A stretch of DNA of 64,000 bases, from the NCBI GenBank assembly GCA_050084515.1, contig CM114271.1:35960001-36024000 (forward strand), in the 5' to 3' direction. Source of the DNA: Blasia pusilla (Eukaryota). Position 1 is the stretch's first letter; each line of letters starts with the position of its first letter. The notes under the pieces were generated by a model. That model saw nothing but the letters and a program-made list of their open reading frames with translations, did no database searches and had not been told where the DNA came from. The position numbers were made by a program, and so were the translations under genes. Of this stretch, positions 1 through 14,814 are shown piece by piece.

Positions 1-3000
1 CACTACACATGTAATAAACAATCTCCAAGGAGGGGAAAAAGAAATTTTAAAAAGAAAAAAAGTTGGCAACAAGCTAACCCAAAAACCAATTTAACATGCG
101 GCACGACTAACATCTTGAAACAAATCCGACAAAAATTCTAGAGGTTGGTTAAATGTGAATGGAAAATTGAATGAGTGGTTTAGTGCATGCAATCCGACAT
201 ACCAAGTCAAAACATATTAGATTGCCAACCACCACACCACCCAATAAATAAAAGTCACTTTGGGATATGACTAGGTCATAATGTCGATGAGGGGGTACTT
301 GTGCAATAGAAGGTAGGTCATATAGTTGCTCTTGCCTAACGATCTATCCTACAATACACGCCACTCATGCTATTTCCTCTATAATTATATCATAGAATGT
401 CATTTGTTCTTCATTACATGCTCATTAGAGAATGTATATATCATTTGCATCAACATGCTTATGATATATAAGAGGATTCGCAACAAGCCAAGCATGCACT
501 TATGTACTCATACATGAATACGGAAGAGCTCAAATCTTCTTGATATGTGTCAGAAAAGAACAAGTTTTCTTTCTCATTTGGTTATTAATGAACCTTTTCA
601 TTATGGGATAGGATTAATATGTATTTTTTTATATAAGCTTATTTCAAAGTTTTTAATATGCTTGCACTCATATATACCCTAGTAGGTATTAAGGTTAGAT
701 TTTTTTTTAAAAACAAGAGATCTCTTGAACTTTTCCTACTTTGTGGCTGAATGTGGGTCCTATGCGTAAAACTTGTAGGATCCACATCCAACAAGACAAG
801 GAATAATGCACTTAGGATTGTACATATAAAACTAATCTTGGCTAGATTTGTTTTCTATTGAGGGTAGATGAAAAGGAAAAAGACATCATGGATCTTAGTT
901 ACTAATCTAAATTTTATGCATGTGGATAAAATCTTATGGTCATACATGAAACTTGGACAAAAAATTGTTAACTAAAAATTAAAATAAAAAAATTTGTTGG
1001 AAAAAATGATGGAAATTTATTTTGGAGTTGTAAAACTCCAAATATATACTAAAAAACTTATAAATATATGATAAGGTAATAGACTTTGTTATCATAAATC
1101 ATTCTAATCTCTTAAGAGATTTGGTTTTTGACACTTTAAACCAATTTTTTTTCTTCATGCAATTCATGAAGAATTATTTTTGAACTATGGATGAAAAAAT
1201 CCAACGATGAGAAAAAGGAGAAAAGCCACAAACAAACCAAGAGGGGAAGAAGGCGATAAATGGAAAAAGGAATGCAAAGATAATTTGTAACCAGCCAAAT
1301 GAAATAGTAAAAAAAAAGACAATGAGAATGGCTGAACAAACAATGTGACAAATTGCATGAAGCAAATCTTACAAAACACAAAAGATTGTTCAAAAGTTTA
1401 TTGACATTAAGATGAATAACTGCAACCACTTCATCTCAACATGTCAATGCTTGTGTTGTTGTAATACAATTAGCACATCTTGTTAATAATAAGTAGTGAA
1501 AACGAAGAGAGAAGGACATAAAGAAGGGTTGGGCAAGTTAATGATTCTTGAGGGAATTGTGAGCACCATCTTTTGAGGAAACTATCAAAATATATTTATA
1601 ATTGCATAAAAATATCCATGGTGAAATAAATAAATCCATCATTTGCATTCTCACTACATAACTTAACTCCTTAATACTTGTTGCTATATCAACTAATTAA
1701 CTTTTGGATATGCAACTCAAACATCAAGTCAAAACATGTATGATTAGTTATTGCCATATCACCTAATAGAATAAAATCACCTCAAGATATAATAAGATCA
1801 ACTTATCACCTGCTATTTGCATTTGTTGTTGAAGTAAAGGTAGAATATATAGTTGCTTTTCCCCAATAGTATGTCATGAAGTAGGAACCATTAATATTAT
1901 TGCTTCTTTGATCCGAATATGTTTTGTTGTTCTTTCCCCTCCCTATATATGCATATTGAATAATATGGGGACCATTTGCATTGCTAAGCTCCCCACATAC
2001 ATAACCATACACATCTAGAAGTAAACGAAAACGAATTATGAGGCATCGCGAATGATAAAATGGAAGAAGAGGATTTACATTAAGCCATGCACATAATCAT
2101 GTACCCACGTTAACGTATAGAAACTCCCAGCTCTACAAAGAATTGCATTCGTACAAGGAGGAACTTGCTTTTATAAACAATGAGAGTGAAATGTACACAC
2201 ATAGAATTAGAATATCTCATCAATCTCTACGAGTGGTTGCCCTAGAATGCATATATAGGTCTATCACCTTATCCTAGATGGTACCTATGCATATGCACAT
2301 ATGTTATCTAAACCTACAAAAATCACTTTATGACCCTATAATTCCAAATTTCACATATATGATGTAGATTGTGCATGAAGTGCCTTTGGGGTGAAATCAT
2401 TACATGAGTAATCTTAAGCTTGGGCATATAGCCACCATCCCCTCAAGCTCAAGTCAATATATATCCTTTACACCTAAATATAATACAAGGAAATCAAGCT
2501 TATCTCTAGATAATGTCTTGATGGATATGCTAGCTAATTTCTTATTCGTGTTCACATATGTAAGCTATATTTTACATGAAGACTTGCTCTCTCATAAATG
2601 AGAATGCACCTCAATGTGTTTTGTCCTTCAGTAAATTTTTTTTGAAAAATGAATGCTAGTGATATTACATGCATATATGATACTTGGTTCTCAACTTTAT
2701 AAGCCTATAATATTATTTGAAAAAATATTTTCAATACCAAATTGATTTATCTGTTGTTATGGTTGCTCTTCTATTTTCAACTTTCATTTGCTATGAGAAA
2801 GTTGTAGGTGGTTTCTTGGACGGCCAACTTATTACAACATCACTAAATCTAAAATACAAACCCAAAATCAGATCTTATGTCAAAACCCTTCATGCAAAAT
2901 CTACATCACTACGTGTGTGTAATTCCAAGGGATTAGACAAAAAGTGTTCTACAAACTTAATTATGAACATCATGTATATTATAAATTTTCTTGTTGTATC

Positions 3001-3229
3001 ACATTGATGTTTCTATAGTGATAACAATAATCAAATTACTAAATCAAGCACATAATTAAGATCTCTTATTGTGATAGCCAAATAGATTAAGTTCCTAACC
3101 ATAGCATATTACATTTTGGGATTATTTATCTAATTATCTTCATCCACTTTGAGCTCTACCCTTTGGTCCAATGGAATTAAGACTGGCTTGCATGATGTCA
3201 TGCCGAACTCAAAAGTTTTATCATTATAA

Positions 3230-4700
3230 TTCATTAGGATATTGGCATTAAAATAGCCATGTACAATCTCCTTGTTTGATTAACTCTATACAAAGAAATT
3301 AATAAAGCTTTGCCAAGTCTTTCAATGTAAATTTTTTTTCAAACTATGTTTTAATCATTTGTATTAGTTTCTTGTTGTAACTAGTCCCAATGAAGTGATC
3401 AACATAGTTGATGATTAAAATAAAATTTCCTTAAAAGATTAGTGAATAAATGAGTAATCTAAATTTTAAACTCAAAATTAAAGGATCTTTAGCAACTTCT
3501 TGATCCAAACCATATACTAAACTCTTGGAGCTTTTTTAGTCTATGAAGATGGATCCTTTCTTAATTTAAAGAAAGAAATATGAAAGAAAGCTTGAGCTTT
3601 GGTCCTTGAATTCACAAAGAATATTGTATGAGTGTGTATGATAACTTGGGTTTATGTGTGTATGAATGGTGATAACGATATATGTTATATAATGATGTGT
3701 ATACACATGATAATTTGCATACAAGAGAAGGATACTTTGGATACTTATATCTAAGGGTTGAACTCTAAATACTTTCTTCTCTAAATTTCCATTGAGAAAT
3801 ACATTATTGGAATATATTTGACAACTATTCCTACATTTTTTAGTTGTTAAACCCATAACGATTTTGATTATCACAATCTTGGTCGTAGGATTGAAAATCT
3901 ATAGTCCATACTTATACTATTATTAGTATTCCTTGGCTTCTAGCATGGCCTTGTATCTATTGATACTACCATTTGAATTTCAATTCTCCTTAAACATCAA
4001 TATGCATCCCATAACCTTTTTTCCTTATGGAAGATCAACCAATTAACTCCAAAGTTTGTTGCTTCTCCAAGGTTATGAGCTCTCTATAGCTTTAACTAAA
4101 TCTAGCTTTTGTATAGCCCTTCAAGATTGTTATGTACCTGAAAAATCTTCATTACATGCCCATCGTAAATAGTTAAGAATTTAACATCATGCATGAATCT
4201 ATATATTAGATGTCTTACCTTTTTTTTGCTATTTGAGTATGGGAGTCCATTGAGGACTATATAGAATCCTTTGCTTTATCATATTTTGAAATATCTAATA
4301 ATTGTTGAGTGTTCTATATCTTCCATGCAAAACTTCACTAACCTCACTTGATGAAATTGCTTATGATCTTAACCTTCCAAAACACGGACTTCAAGACTTT
4401 GAGAGCTTATCATTTCTCTTGATCCTCTACTAGTTTTATTGGATGATGTTGCTTGATCACTCCTTCATATATTTTGAATTGGCTCACTATGTAAATAATC
4501 TAAACCAATTGTAGTTTCTCAAAGTGTAAAAAAGTGCTTACTTGATGGACTATAACGCTAGAACCCTTAGAATCTACAACATAACTCCATAAGACATATC
4601 TTTGTGAGTTGTTGTCTAGCTTCTTGCACTTCTTACTTTGAATATGAGCAAAGCATATACGACCAAATATCTTCATGAATGTAAGATCCTTCTTGTTTCA
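3230..4700 (-). mobile_element. Highly degenerate Ty1/Copia pol remnant (RT to RNase H region)
   Basis: Minus-strand fragments NNVFLNGNLEKKVFRVQP (cf. Copia AFLNGDLEEEVYMxQP) and GSINRYKAMLEAK (cf. GxIxRYKARLVAK); many stops and frameshifts; boundaries approximate. Confidence 0.6.
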
Positions 4701-5203
4701 CTATTACATTCAATGAAAATTTATGAGTTTGGAGAGTTGTAGTGCACTCACTCATTACTTGCACACAACTCATAAACTACTCGCACATATGAGTTTTAAA
4801 CTAAAGAAAAGTGAGTCAATTGTGAGTCATACTCTCAAGTTTTTTAGCATTTTTTATACTCATAGAACAATTGTAAACTACACGTAATCAACTCGGTAGT
4901 TACTAACATAAGTGTGAGTACGGGAAGAGATGATGGACTTGCTAAGTACTCGAAACTAAGAAAATAAATTGAAATCAACCATTCTATTCAATGAATCATG
5001 CAAAAAATAGGCAACATGTCCAACTTCTTTCCATGTATTTATTCACATATAACTTCTTCCCTTACAAAATGGCAAGTTTGTAGAACTACCAACTTGTCAT
5101 ATGTTGTTGGTATGCTCTGAGATTGGCATGACATCATATAAATGGCACTACACCTACAATTTGTATAGATGCATGTACCTTGTCTACTCCTAAGTGAGAT
5201 TAG

Positions 5204-5300
5204 CAAGGTTGCAGATGGACAAAGTCCATATCCGTGGACTTATGTCCATCCTATGGAAAGACTTGTCCATGTGGGCTCCATCCATACGGACAAGTTCTTA
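5204..5300 (+). mobile_element. hAT-family terminus with subterminal TGGAC/GTCCA hairpins
   Basis: Starts CAAGGTTGCAGATGGACAAAGTCCA...CCATCCTATGGAAAGACTTGTCCATGTGG, nearly the same as the sequence at 30044-30146 upstream of the hAT transposase remnant. Confidence 0.5.
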
Positions 5301-8300
5301 TTAATTTATAAATGAATATATATTCATTTAAGTTCAAGTATTTTCATATTTCCAATATTTCAAATCTTATACTCATTTATCCGTTATAATATAAATTTAT
5401 GCAAGTTTTTCATTTAAAGAATTGATCAAATTTAAAACAGAGATCAAATTAAAAACATAAAATATTTCCAATTAAATACAAAATATTAATGCAAAGATGG
5501 TGATTCATTTGATTAAATTTTAGTTTATTAATCACGAATATTTAATAAAAATGAAAATTACTGGACTTGGGATATCCAATCAAATATAGGAGATAAAAAC
5601 GGAGTGCATGTAAGGACTTAATTAAGGGAGGCACTTATACACCAAACTATTGCAAAAAAAAGATATGCCTCATCTTAATTGGAATGCGAGCAAGTAAATC
5701 TAAACCAATGGCCTTAGGTTAAATTAGTGGATTGGCTTGACTTTAAATGCTCATCCGTACGTATGGGGTATGTTTTGGTAAGCTGAGAATGCAAATATGT
5801 TATGCCAAAATAATAACACTACATGCAAGGTAAACTTTTTCAAAGGTATATTGCAAAGTATGCTGATATAAATCTCGATAAAAAGCAAAGGATTAGGAAC
5901 CAAATCCAAGGATTTGTTTTTGCTCAATTTTTCTATTGAAATTTCTAAACTCCATTATACTTTGCGGTGGCATTTTATTCTCTTAAGTCAAGTTTCTCTC
6001 CGTATTCAAGCTCCATCAAAGCTTTGTTGAGAGTACATTGACAAATCAAGCCATTTTATAATTTCAGAATTTGTTATATATTGAGGGATTTATTTTAGTT
6101 TGTCACTCTTCCATACCTTTATCGTGATAAGGAGATGGAACACGAGAAGCAGATTTTAGTGACTAGATAGCCCATGCAAGTACAAGATTAAATTTTTACA
6201 GGAGTTTTAGAGTCTTAGTCATGGTAATTTAATAGAAATCGGAGAAGCTGTAGGTATTCTTATGGGAATTTTTGGAATTGAGTCATTTATTATTTAATAG
6301 TTCTAATGTTTAGATTTTTTTTTATTATCTATATTTTTTAAAAAATCCAATTTGGTTGATTATGACTTAAGATCTTGATGATTCATTGAAATTTCCTCTC
6401 TAGTTTTGCTAGAGGAGTTGACTTCTATCAATTTCTTCCTATTCTCCGTTATCGCATGATATTCACTAAATTGTTAAATGTCTTTACAATGCTTATAAGT
6501 AGATTTTCAGGGGAAATTTCCCTATGTGTTAGGCTATAGCGAAGTGGTGTTTATTGGGTTTTATATTCTGTAATTTCCCATGCCATGCATAAAGATAAAT
6601 TTTGGTGATGAGAAAGAATAAATGGAAATACTAGTAAGAAAAATTGTAAAAATATAAATGAGCATTTTTCCCATAAATATATTAAAACAAACTTTAATTT
6701 TCTCATAAAGAAAGAAAAATAGCTAGTTTCCTTTCCCCCCTCTAAGGTCTCCTACACAGGAGAAATTTCAAGAAAAAGTATATACCATTAAAAGCTAATC
6801 CTTTGTTACAATTTTCTCTTATGGTCCAAAAATGTCTTTTTCATCTTTTCGTTTTCAAATACTACAAGCCTTCCTATGGTTTCTATTAATTTTACTTCAC
6901 ATGAGAATATTTAATATTAATATATGACACTGCTTCATTAGTGTAGATAAAAAGAAAGTTGATCACTTTATGTTTAGGAGCTACAAAGCATTTTTACGTC
7001 AAAGATTATAGTTAAGAATTTTTTAAAGGCATCAGAAAGATTGAATATGGGCTCCATTTTTCCAAGATTTAATGGTGTGACTTTGAAGGTTTTATCCGAT
7101 CAAATGGGCCCTTTCGGTAATATTATCCTAAAATTTCATATCACCCCCCCAGAAAATCTCTCTTGATGTTACTTTGGTCTCATACATATATTAACACATT
7201 AAATTTTTGAGAAAAAATGATTATTCTGATTTAGTGTACTATGGCAACTATCCACCTACCTACTTAAAAAAAATCCACTTGAAGGATAATTTATTAATGT
7301 GAATATAAAATTTTAAGAAGGAAAGATCAATTCATCCATATTTTCACAAAATGAGCGGATTTAATAATTTTTTCAAGTTAGAAAATTTAAGATAATTAAA
7401 TAATGGAAATTTAGAATTGATAATTATTATGGCCCCAAATATAGTTATATTTTAAATTTATTTTTTTGTTATGCCACAACACCCCTTTCATCGGATGCAG
7501 CACAAAAAAAAGATATATACAGCCAACACTACAATTGAGTCTAAAAATATAATTCTTTATGATTTTTAGCACTTTAGCAAGAGACAAATGCTTTAATGAA
7601 GGGGTAAAGAAGATGCCTTAATTAAGGGATAGCAAAAAGGCCGTCCATAAACTTTATTACAAGTTCTTGATAACATGGGAATGTAGATTTACTATTGAAT
7701 TGTTTTATTTAAAAATATTTAAAAGTAAAAAATTTTCCAACCAATTTTTTTTGGCCTTTCATGATTTTCTAAAATTTGTAGAAAACTCTAATTCCATATT
7801 CCATGAAATTTCAGTTTTTAAAAATAATTCTTCTCAAATATATTTATTTTGAGAATTTTTTTTACAATGTGAGATTTGACCCACGTACTCCTCGTCCTTT
7901 TCTTTTATTCATTTCATATTCCCCCTGAATTGATCCCTTATCTATATCTATAACACTATGGGAGAATGCACTCTTGATTTCCAATCATCTATTCTTTGAT
8001 ACCTAGCCTTCTTAACCAATGGGATCACTCGACAGTGGTTTAAGCGGTATGAGAATAGTTTTGGTTAGGTCACTAGTCAAACTTCTATGGTTATGATGGA
8101 TGATCTAAATTACCCATCATTAACTTGAGTATCACATGAGCATCCACTAATATGTTTTATTAAAATAGTAAAGTAAAATATCTATTACCTTCTCACCTTA
8201 ATTAGATCCATGTGAAGATTAGAGTGGAAGGGATAGAGTCCTTCCTAATGCTAAGGTTATCACACTTATTATTGCACACGAAAGATATGCTGGGTTCCAT

Positions 8301-8878
8301 AGATAGCCTAAGATAGGTAATTTATGGACATTAGTTACTATGGAGTTGGTAGGAGATAGGGTAAACCCAAATGAAGTTCACCCTTAGATATGAGACAATT
8401 GACCGTGGGATCTGCAATATATTGTAGCAAAGCTATGTTGGTTTGTTGATCTTCGATTCTATTATATTAAGAGTGTGCTAATATTAATTTAGACACTACA
8501 TATTTATCTTTAATTTTTTTCATTCAAATCTCTTTGTTGGATGCATAATGTGCACGTCGAATGTATCTAAGCCACATTGGGAGTGAATATTGTGCCACAA
8601 CATTGGAGAAATAGAGTTTATACCTAAAAGTATACTTTATATCACAAGATGAAGCATGTTACTTTTTAATAATAACATAAATTGAAGATGGACATGTCAA
8701 AATTTTCATGTACAAAGGTTTTCACATTCATAAGATAGATGGATCTTAGACATATATTGGTAATAGTCGATGTATATGGTTAGCGATGTATATTTGCATG
8801 ACAAAGAGATAAAAAAGAATTCGCCAAAAGAATTTTATGAATTGAGTACTACGACCAAATATCAATACCTTGGATAAT

Positions 8879-8998
8879 CTATGTTGAGAAAACTTCTTCC
8901 ATATACATTTTAGCCCACCATAGTCTTATTACTGTCTTCTTACTAGGTCTGAAGTGAATTGTCTTACTTAGTTTGTTCACAAACACCACAATTCCTTG
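8879..8998 (-). mobile_element. Ty3/Gypsy integrase fragment
   Basis: GIVVFVNKLSKTIHFRPSKKTV...AKMYMEEVF resembles the Gypsy integrase motif ILVVVDRLSKMAHFIP...AxLFxxEVF. Confidence 0.5.
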
Positions 8999-9008
8999 AA
9001 GATATGTA

Positions 9009-9046
9009 GAGGTGAGGTGAGGTGAGGAGAGGAGAGGAGAGGAGAG
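9009..9046. repeat. Pentanucleotide microsatellite (GAGGT)n(GAGGA)n
   Basis: Directly visible tandem repeat. Confidence 0.85.
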
Positions 9047-9419
9047 ATGGAGGAGAGATGGAGTACGCATGAGAGAAGGGGGCAAGCAAGTAGCAGAGAG
9101 AGAAGAGGGGGCATAGGGCTTTTTTCAATTTGACAATTCTTTTAGGTGCTGGATTTATTTCCTTCTCCACGATCATAGTTTTTTTATTTTTATTTTTGAA
9201 CAAATTTAGGAAAAGATAGGATTTTTCAGCATTCAATTATTTACAATTTTTTCTTACCCTTCAAGTTTAAAAGTGTGAAAATATCCCAACTTCTTATGAA
9301 AATCTTTATGATTTTTTAGGCATGTAATACTAATTTGGCATATTTTTTTAACAAATATTTTTTTTGAGATATGGATACTAATATAATATTAATTATTCAT
9401 ACTAATTCATGACATATTA

Positions 9420-10050
9420 GGTATAGGAACATATATACCTCAATTTCAACTCTATTTTGAATGAGAACTCCATATATATCCAACTGAAATTTTGAAGGCG
9501 TGCTTGCCTTATGGGCTATCTTTGCATTTTTTGTGTTTGAAAATTGATGCACCAATTATGCTCTTACAAAACACGAATGGGTCACAAGGACAAGAAAATA
9601 GAACTAGATTAATGTTGATTCACGGATTTATGCAACATTGTATAGATGCTTTATCATCATAGGGAAGTCTATTAGTGATCAATTTTTTATTCCATGTATT
9701 CCATTGATCGTACCCGAATTTGGTTTGCCATTTGATCTACGTAGATTTCAACTCCCTATTTGTCCAACTTTTGATATGATTGTTAATAGGTCTCTAGATC
9801 AAACTTTGCAAAAAATACGAATTTACTTGCCTACTCCTATATTCTCTCATGGTCAATTGTATGTAGTATTATCTACATTACAAAAGAGGAATTCCATCCA
9901 CATTACAATTAGAGTGATAAATATTCAAATAAGGAAGGTGACTACATGCAAAATATAGTGTATAAAGAAAAACTTGGCTGAAATAAAACATTTGCCCATT
10001 TTTATATCATTCCCTTTTTATACTCATGCATCCCACACACATTTGACTAG
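9420..10050 (+). mobile_element. Helitron 3' fragment (Pif1 helicase C-terminus plus CTAG end)
   Basis: IYPTE...LKIDAPIMLLQN...FQLPICPTFDMIVNRSLDQTL...IFSHGQLYVVLS; colinear with the reverse complement of 54231-54895; degenerate terminal hairpin then CTAG at 10047-10050. Confidence 0.75.
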
Positions 10051-10054
10051 AAGT

Positions 10055-10515
10055 ATAGATAATGGGAATGTTTTCTAAAGATTTAAGGCATATACATATA
10101 CATACTATTAACGGAAAATCTTATTATCTTCGGTGATGATTTTTGGAAAGTCTCGCTCATGGACTATCAAAGGGTCGAGCAAGTGAAGTTGATTAAGCTT
10201 ACAAAAATCTGAGAGTTCAAAATTTGGAAGATAACACACGTGTTCATCAACAAAATTTTGTAAATTAGTGAGCAGAGGTGGAAGAAGATTAGGTACCTTT
10301 ATACATTGATTTAGGGGATGGTTTTATATGACTTCAATAGGACATGATACAAAGTATAGAAAAAGTGTGATTTTGTTTACATCATATATGGAAATGATAT
10401 TGAAATATTTCAAAACATCAACTTCTTGAGGGATCCAAATATGTCGACATCAAGAAATAAAGATGTGTATGAGATAAATGAAAAATCCATGTCTCAATTT
10501 TATGGAGAGGTTATT
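10055..10515 (+). mobile_element. Helitron helicase middle-exon fragment
   Basis: GGAAAATCTTATTATCTTCGGTGATGATTTTTGG... matches the GKLMVFGGDFRQ region and following sequence of the Helitron at 54985-55485 (reverse complement). Confidence 0.6.
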
Positions 10516-12099
10516 GTATTTTCTAATTTGTGTAAAATTAGTTGAAGAGTTGGAATATTGAAAATAAAAATGTAAAGAAAACATGTTTTAGGACTGTCAA
10601 ATATATATTATGTACATTAGCATACTTATCTTAGTGTTAACTCAATTCCAAACAAGGGATAAGTCATCGTATCTACAAAAAATCTAAGGTACTTGTTTTC
10701 TTTCTAGTGATCAAGCCTAATTTTTCATCGCTTATGGTTGAAGACTGATGCACAAGCATGCTCTTATGGAACATGAATGGCTTGAAGGGACAAGCAAATG
10801 CCATGATTGGTGATTCGTGAATTTGTATGATAGGTGATAGATGTCAAAATCATGATAGGGGAGAATATTACAAATGGAGTTTTTATTCCAAGGATTCTAT
10901 TGATTGTGCTTGAATTAGGTTAACCTTTTGATTTTCTCAAGGCCACTTATATGTAGCATCATATGGGTCGGACAAAGAAGTTCAATCCATACTATGAATG
11001 GAGGTGATATACATTTAAACAAAGAATGTGATCCCCTACATAATGTCGAATATTAACAGATCATTGAATGAAATAAAAATGTTTGTTGTATTTGAAAACT
11101 TGTTATTAATCAACATTGAAAATAAGTTTCATAACTATCCATTTATGTCATTTTTCCAAAATAACTTTAAATTTCCAAATTAAATGGTTTACTCTTAAGT
11201 CGTGCATGACATGACCTTACGGGAATAATATTTTTGGGAACACAATGTAACAAGAGAGGTGATGATGAAGAAGACTCAATTTTATAGTTGTTTTCTTGAA
11301 GGGAATCGCTTCATCCCAAGCGATGAAGCGATCATAATGTTTGACACTTTCCTTATTGATTGTGTTCCTCTTCCTCCCTCGGGAAGTAGATTGTCTTCAG
11401 TTGCTAAGCTCTTATACTTTAGACAAAATTTTAGGGTTATGATGCAGACTCAACAAGGAGGAATCCCACTACAAGTGATGTTCATTTAGGTGCCCTAAAC
11501 AATGTGATCCGAGTTTGCAGAGGTTGACGTACCGCGGATTGTGCGGAGGTAGATAGGCGACTAGAGGGAGGTCCAATATGGGAAGGGATATTTTCATCCA
11601 TTTGTTGATATTAACCAAAAATCTTGACATGCTCTTTGCATTGATCCACACCACATCTCCCATAGTGATGTATTTTTGTTTTTATTGCATTTTTACATCT
11701 CAAGTCTTATTGGGGTTTCTCTTCAGAGGTGAATGTTCTATATGGAACTCCCTTTTTCATCCCTCTCATCTCACACATCATCCCCTTACCCTTCTAGTCC
11801 CCTTCCATCCTCTTAACATTTTTATTTTTTTATTTTTTGTCAATTCTTGACTCATTGTCTTTACCATCCATTCCTCTTTAAATAAACCTTTGTTTCCATC
11901 CATTTAGATCCCATTTTCTCCCATTCACTCCTTCCATCCTCAATTTCCTCCTTGATGTTACTGATTGTGTTTGGGAGGGGATTTGGGTTTAGAAGTCTTA
12001 AGTCAAGAAGGTAGTGGAGAGAACATTATCGTGAATGATTATCGTGGACAAGAAGAGAATCTAGCATCATAATTGCTAGTCCAAAGGAGGAGATATGAG

Positions 12100-14800
12100 A
12101 GATATTGGTGGGGGTTTCCTCTCGAGTTTGATAGAGAGAGGGGGGTAGATTATGTCTTATTGGTGAGTTACATTCATGCCTTGACCCACACATGATCCTT
12201 GCTTGGGACCTTGTGGATAATCTAGTTGAAATACAAAATATCCTTATTGTCTCAAATTGTTCACCTATTCACAAATTCAAAACCATAGAGGGGCTAAGCA
12301 TCATGACTTTGATAGATTCGGATGGGTGGTTCATCTAGTGAACCATGGATGTTGTATGGTGTTTCCCATAACATCACTCCCTCGTCAATCATGGGAAGGG
12401 TTGGGGTCCCCACCTTGGCATCATTCTTACTCTCTTTGAGACCCATTTTCCAGGTTTGAAGTTATTCCATAGGATCCCCTATGCTATTTGGAATGACCTC
12501 CATCCTACTTTCCTTCTAATCCTAGCTAGGATCATAATTGACCCTATGGATAAGCTTTCATGTTATCTTTACTTCTCTTTCCATGCTATACCCGTCGTGG
12601 GAAGGCCAACCATAGACTTAGAGGTTGTCCCCCAATTTTGGCATTTTCGAGGGTTCGATTTGATTAGGAGTCTAATCAGAGCAAGTTTGTGGATACACTA
12701 GAGATAACACTTCTTTTGGTTTCCTTTTAGAGAATTTGTAGCAACCAGGTTGCAACAATGTAGGACACGCTTGTGAGTATTGGCAAGCTCCACGCGCTCT
12801 TTGCCTTATGGGCATGGCGCCTCTGATAGTTGTTACTATCAATGCCATCTAAAGGCTATATCCTTCCTCAATTTTTTCCTTCTAGGTTTTTCATATGACT
12901 TCCATCCTAATACGACAATTTGGCTTGATTGGTCCATCTTTACACTAGCACTTAAAAATTTGAGTTGGATTTTTAGAGACTTGTTTTGTATGACGTACAA
13001 ACACCTTCATGATTTCTATCCTCGTGAGGACTCCGCTAGTGGCTTTTGCGAGTTGCTCTAGGTTGCCTCTCACCTAGCTTAAGGGAGAGTTCTGGCAATA
13101 GTGGCCAAAGTATTAGGGGTGGGAAGACCTTTGGCATTGTCAAAGGATGGTGGAGGGATTTGTTTGACAACCATAGGCAAGGTGCTCTTAAGGTTGGTGA
13201 GTCACACCATCACTTTGGTGAGGCTTTCCAACCACACACAAGTTAACATAAATTTTGAGTTGCTACTCCAGTCAATTAGGAGGGTCTATTTCAATAGTCA
13301 TCCTAAGTGGATAATTCTCCAAGTGGAGAATAACTACAACTTAATATCATGAGTGGCTATCTGCATAGAGTTGAGGAACACGAGTAGGCCCATTATGAGC
13401 CTCATTTCCTTTGTGTAGGCTTTCAATGGGCCCATTAGGCCATCAATTTCCACTATAGTCAGCTTGATGAGGAGGTCCCAATTTTTGAATTTGTCATCGG
13501 TACTCGTCACGGTGATCCCTTGGATGTTGCACTTTTTCTTTGGCTCATTATCGAGTGGTTCTCTCTTTGGTGGAGGATTTTCAAGGTTATATTTTGATTC
13601 TCCTCAATGGTAGATGATACTTATGCATATTTTTGGCCTTGGAGATCTAGTTGTAGATGCATTTGATCACCTTACTACTTAGTTGGCACATGTCAATGTA
13701 GCGATGAATGTGGGAAAGTGCAAGTCATGGTCTCCATCAAGCTTAGCTACTAGATAATGTTCATTTACTTCACATATTCATTACACAAGTTGGATGGTCT
13801 ATTCCTCTTTGGAGTCCTACTTGAGAGCCAAGATTTTGTCTCGAGTTTCATGGTGTCAACCCTTATCAAGGATTTGCTCCACATTCATGATCTCACGAGT
13901 GCTCATGTGTAGGGGCTTGCCCCCTCATCTCAATTTCCCATATCACACGATATGTAACGATGGTGGGCCTACCCCCACTATCGGTAGTTAGTTCGACCTA
14001 CGTAATGTGATTTGCGCCAGAGTTTGGATTCTCTTGATGTGCATTTGGGAAGCATACGTCCAATTGGGGGTGAGAGGATTGCCACTCACGATATGCAGGA
14101 TATCACATTTTTCATTTTTTGTGAAAGTGGCTTCCACGTGTAGAGAGAGCTGCACTATTCCATGCGGAATTCCCTTATTTGAGTTGATCTTTATATGACG
14201 CGAGAGGCTATGGTGGTGGCGACTAATATTGTAGTGACAAATCATAAGCGGGAGTCGGTATGGGTACATATGGTAGCAAGAGGGATATTGCTACAAAGAG
14301 GACGATGATGGCGACAAAGAAGACCCATCTTTATAGTTGATTTCACGAGGGACATTGATTCGCCCCCTTAGCCATGGAGATGGATAACGTTATAGGGAAA
14401 TGTTTGACTCATTCTTCTCGGATTGCCCTCATAATCTCTTGGGAAATGGATTGTCCTTAACTACCGCGATTTTTTATAGGTAGGAGGTCTCCATAACTTT
14501 ATAGGGTGCCTCGAAAGCCCAAGCCAATGGGCTTTTGAGGCTAGCTCAAGCCGTGGGAGAATCCCTAGCTAGAGGTCCTCTTTTTCGTAGTCATATTTCC
14601 AAAGCCATAGTTGATATTATCTACGGTGTTGAATTTAGTTTGTGGGGGCTTGTCCCTTTTCTCTTTCACCTTGGTCGGGCGAGGCATTCTAGACTCCTTG
14701 AGTCCCCCCGTTTTTAAACTTTGGATGAGTTCCCATCACCCTTTTTTCTCATTTATCTATACTATTATGGGAGAGTGCCTTCTTGATTTGCAAATATCCC
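12100..14800 (+). mobile_element. Degenerate non-LTR retrotransposon, CRE-like (RT plus restriction-like endonuclease)
   Basis: LSKDGGGICLTTIGKVLLRLVS (cf. LxKxxGGIRPIAVGExLxRLVS), GTRHGDPL (GTRQGDPL), SMVDDT, then C-terminal THD...ESGFHV.RE, PLAME and FYR*EVSITL*GA (FYRQRVSIALQRA-like); 5' boundary uncertain. Confidence 0.6.
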
Positions 14801-14814
14801 TCGGTTGGACATGT

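Noticed and set aside
1-3200. Short ORFs in the AT-rich start of the window
   Set aside because: No recognisable motifs; CpG-depleted sequence typical of old TE debris.
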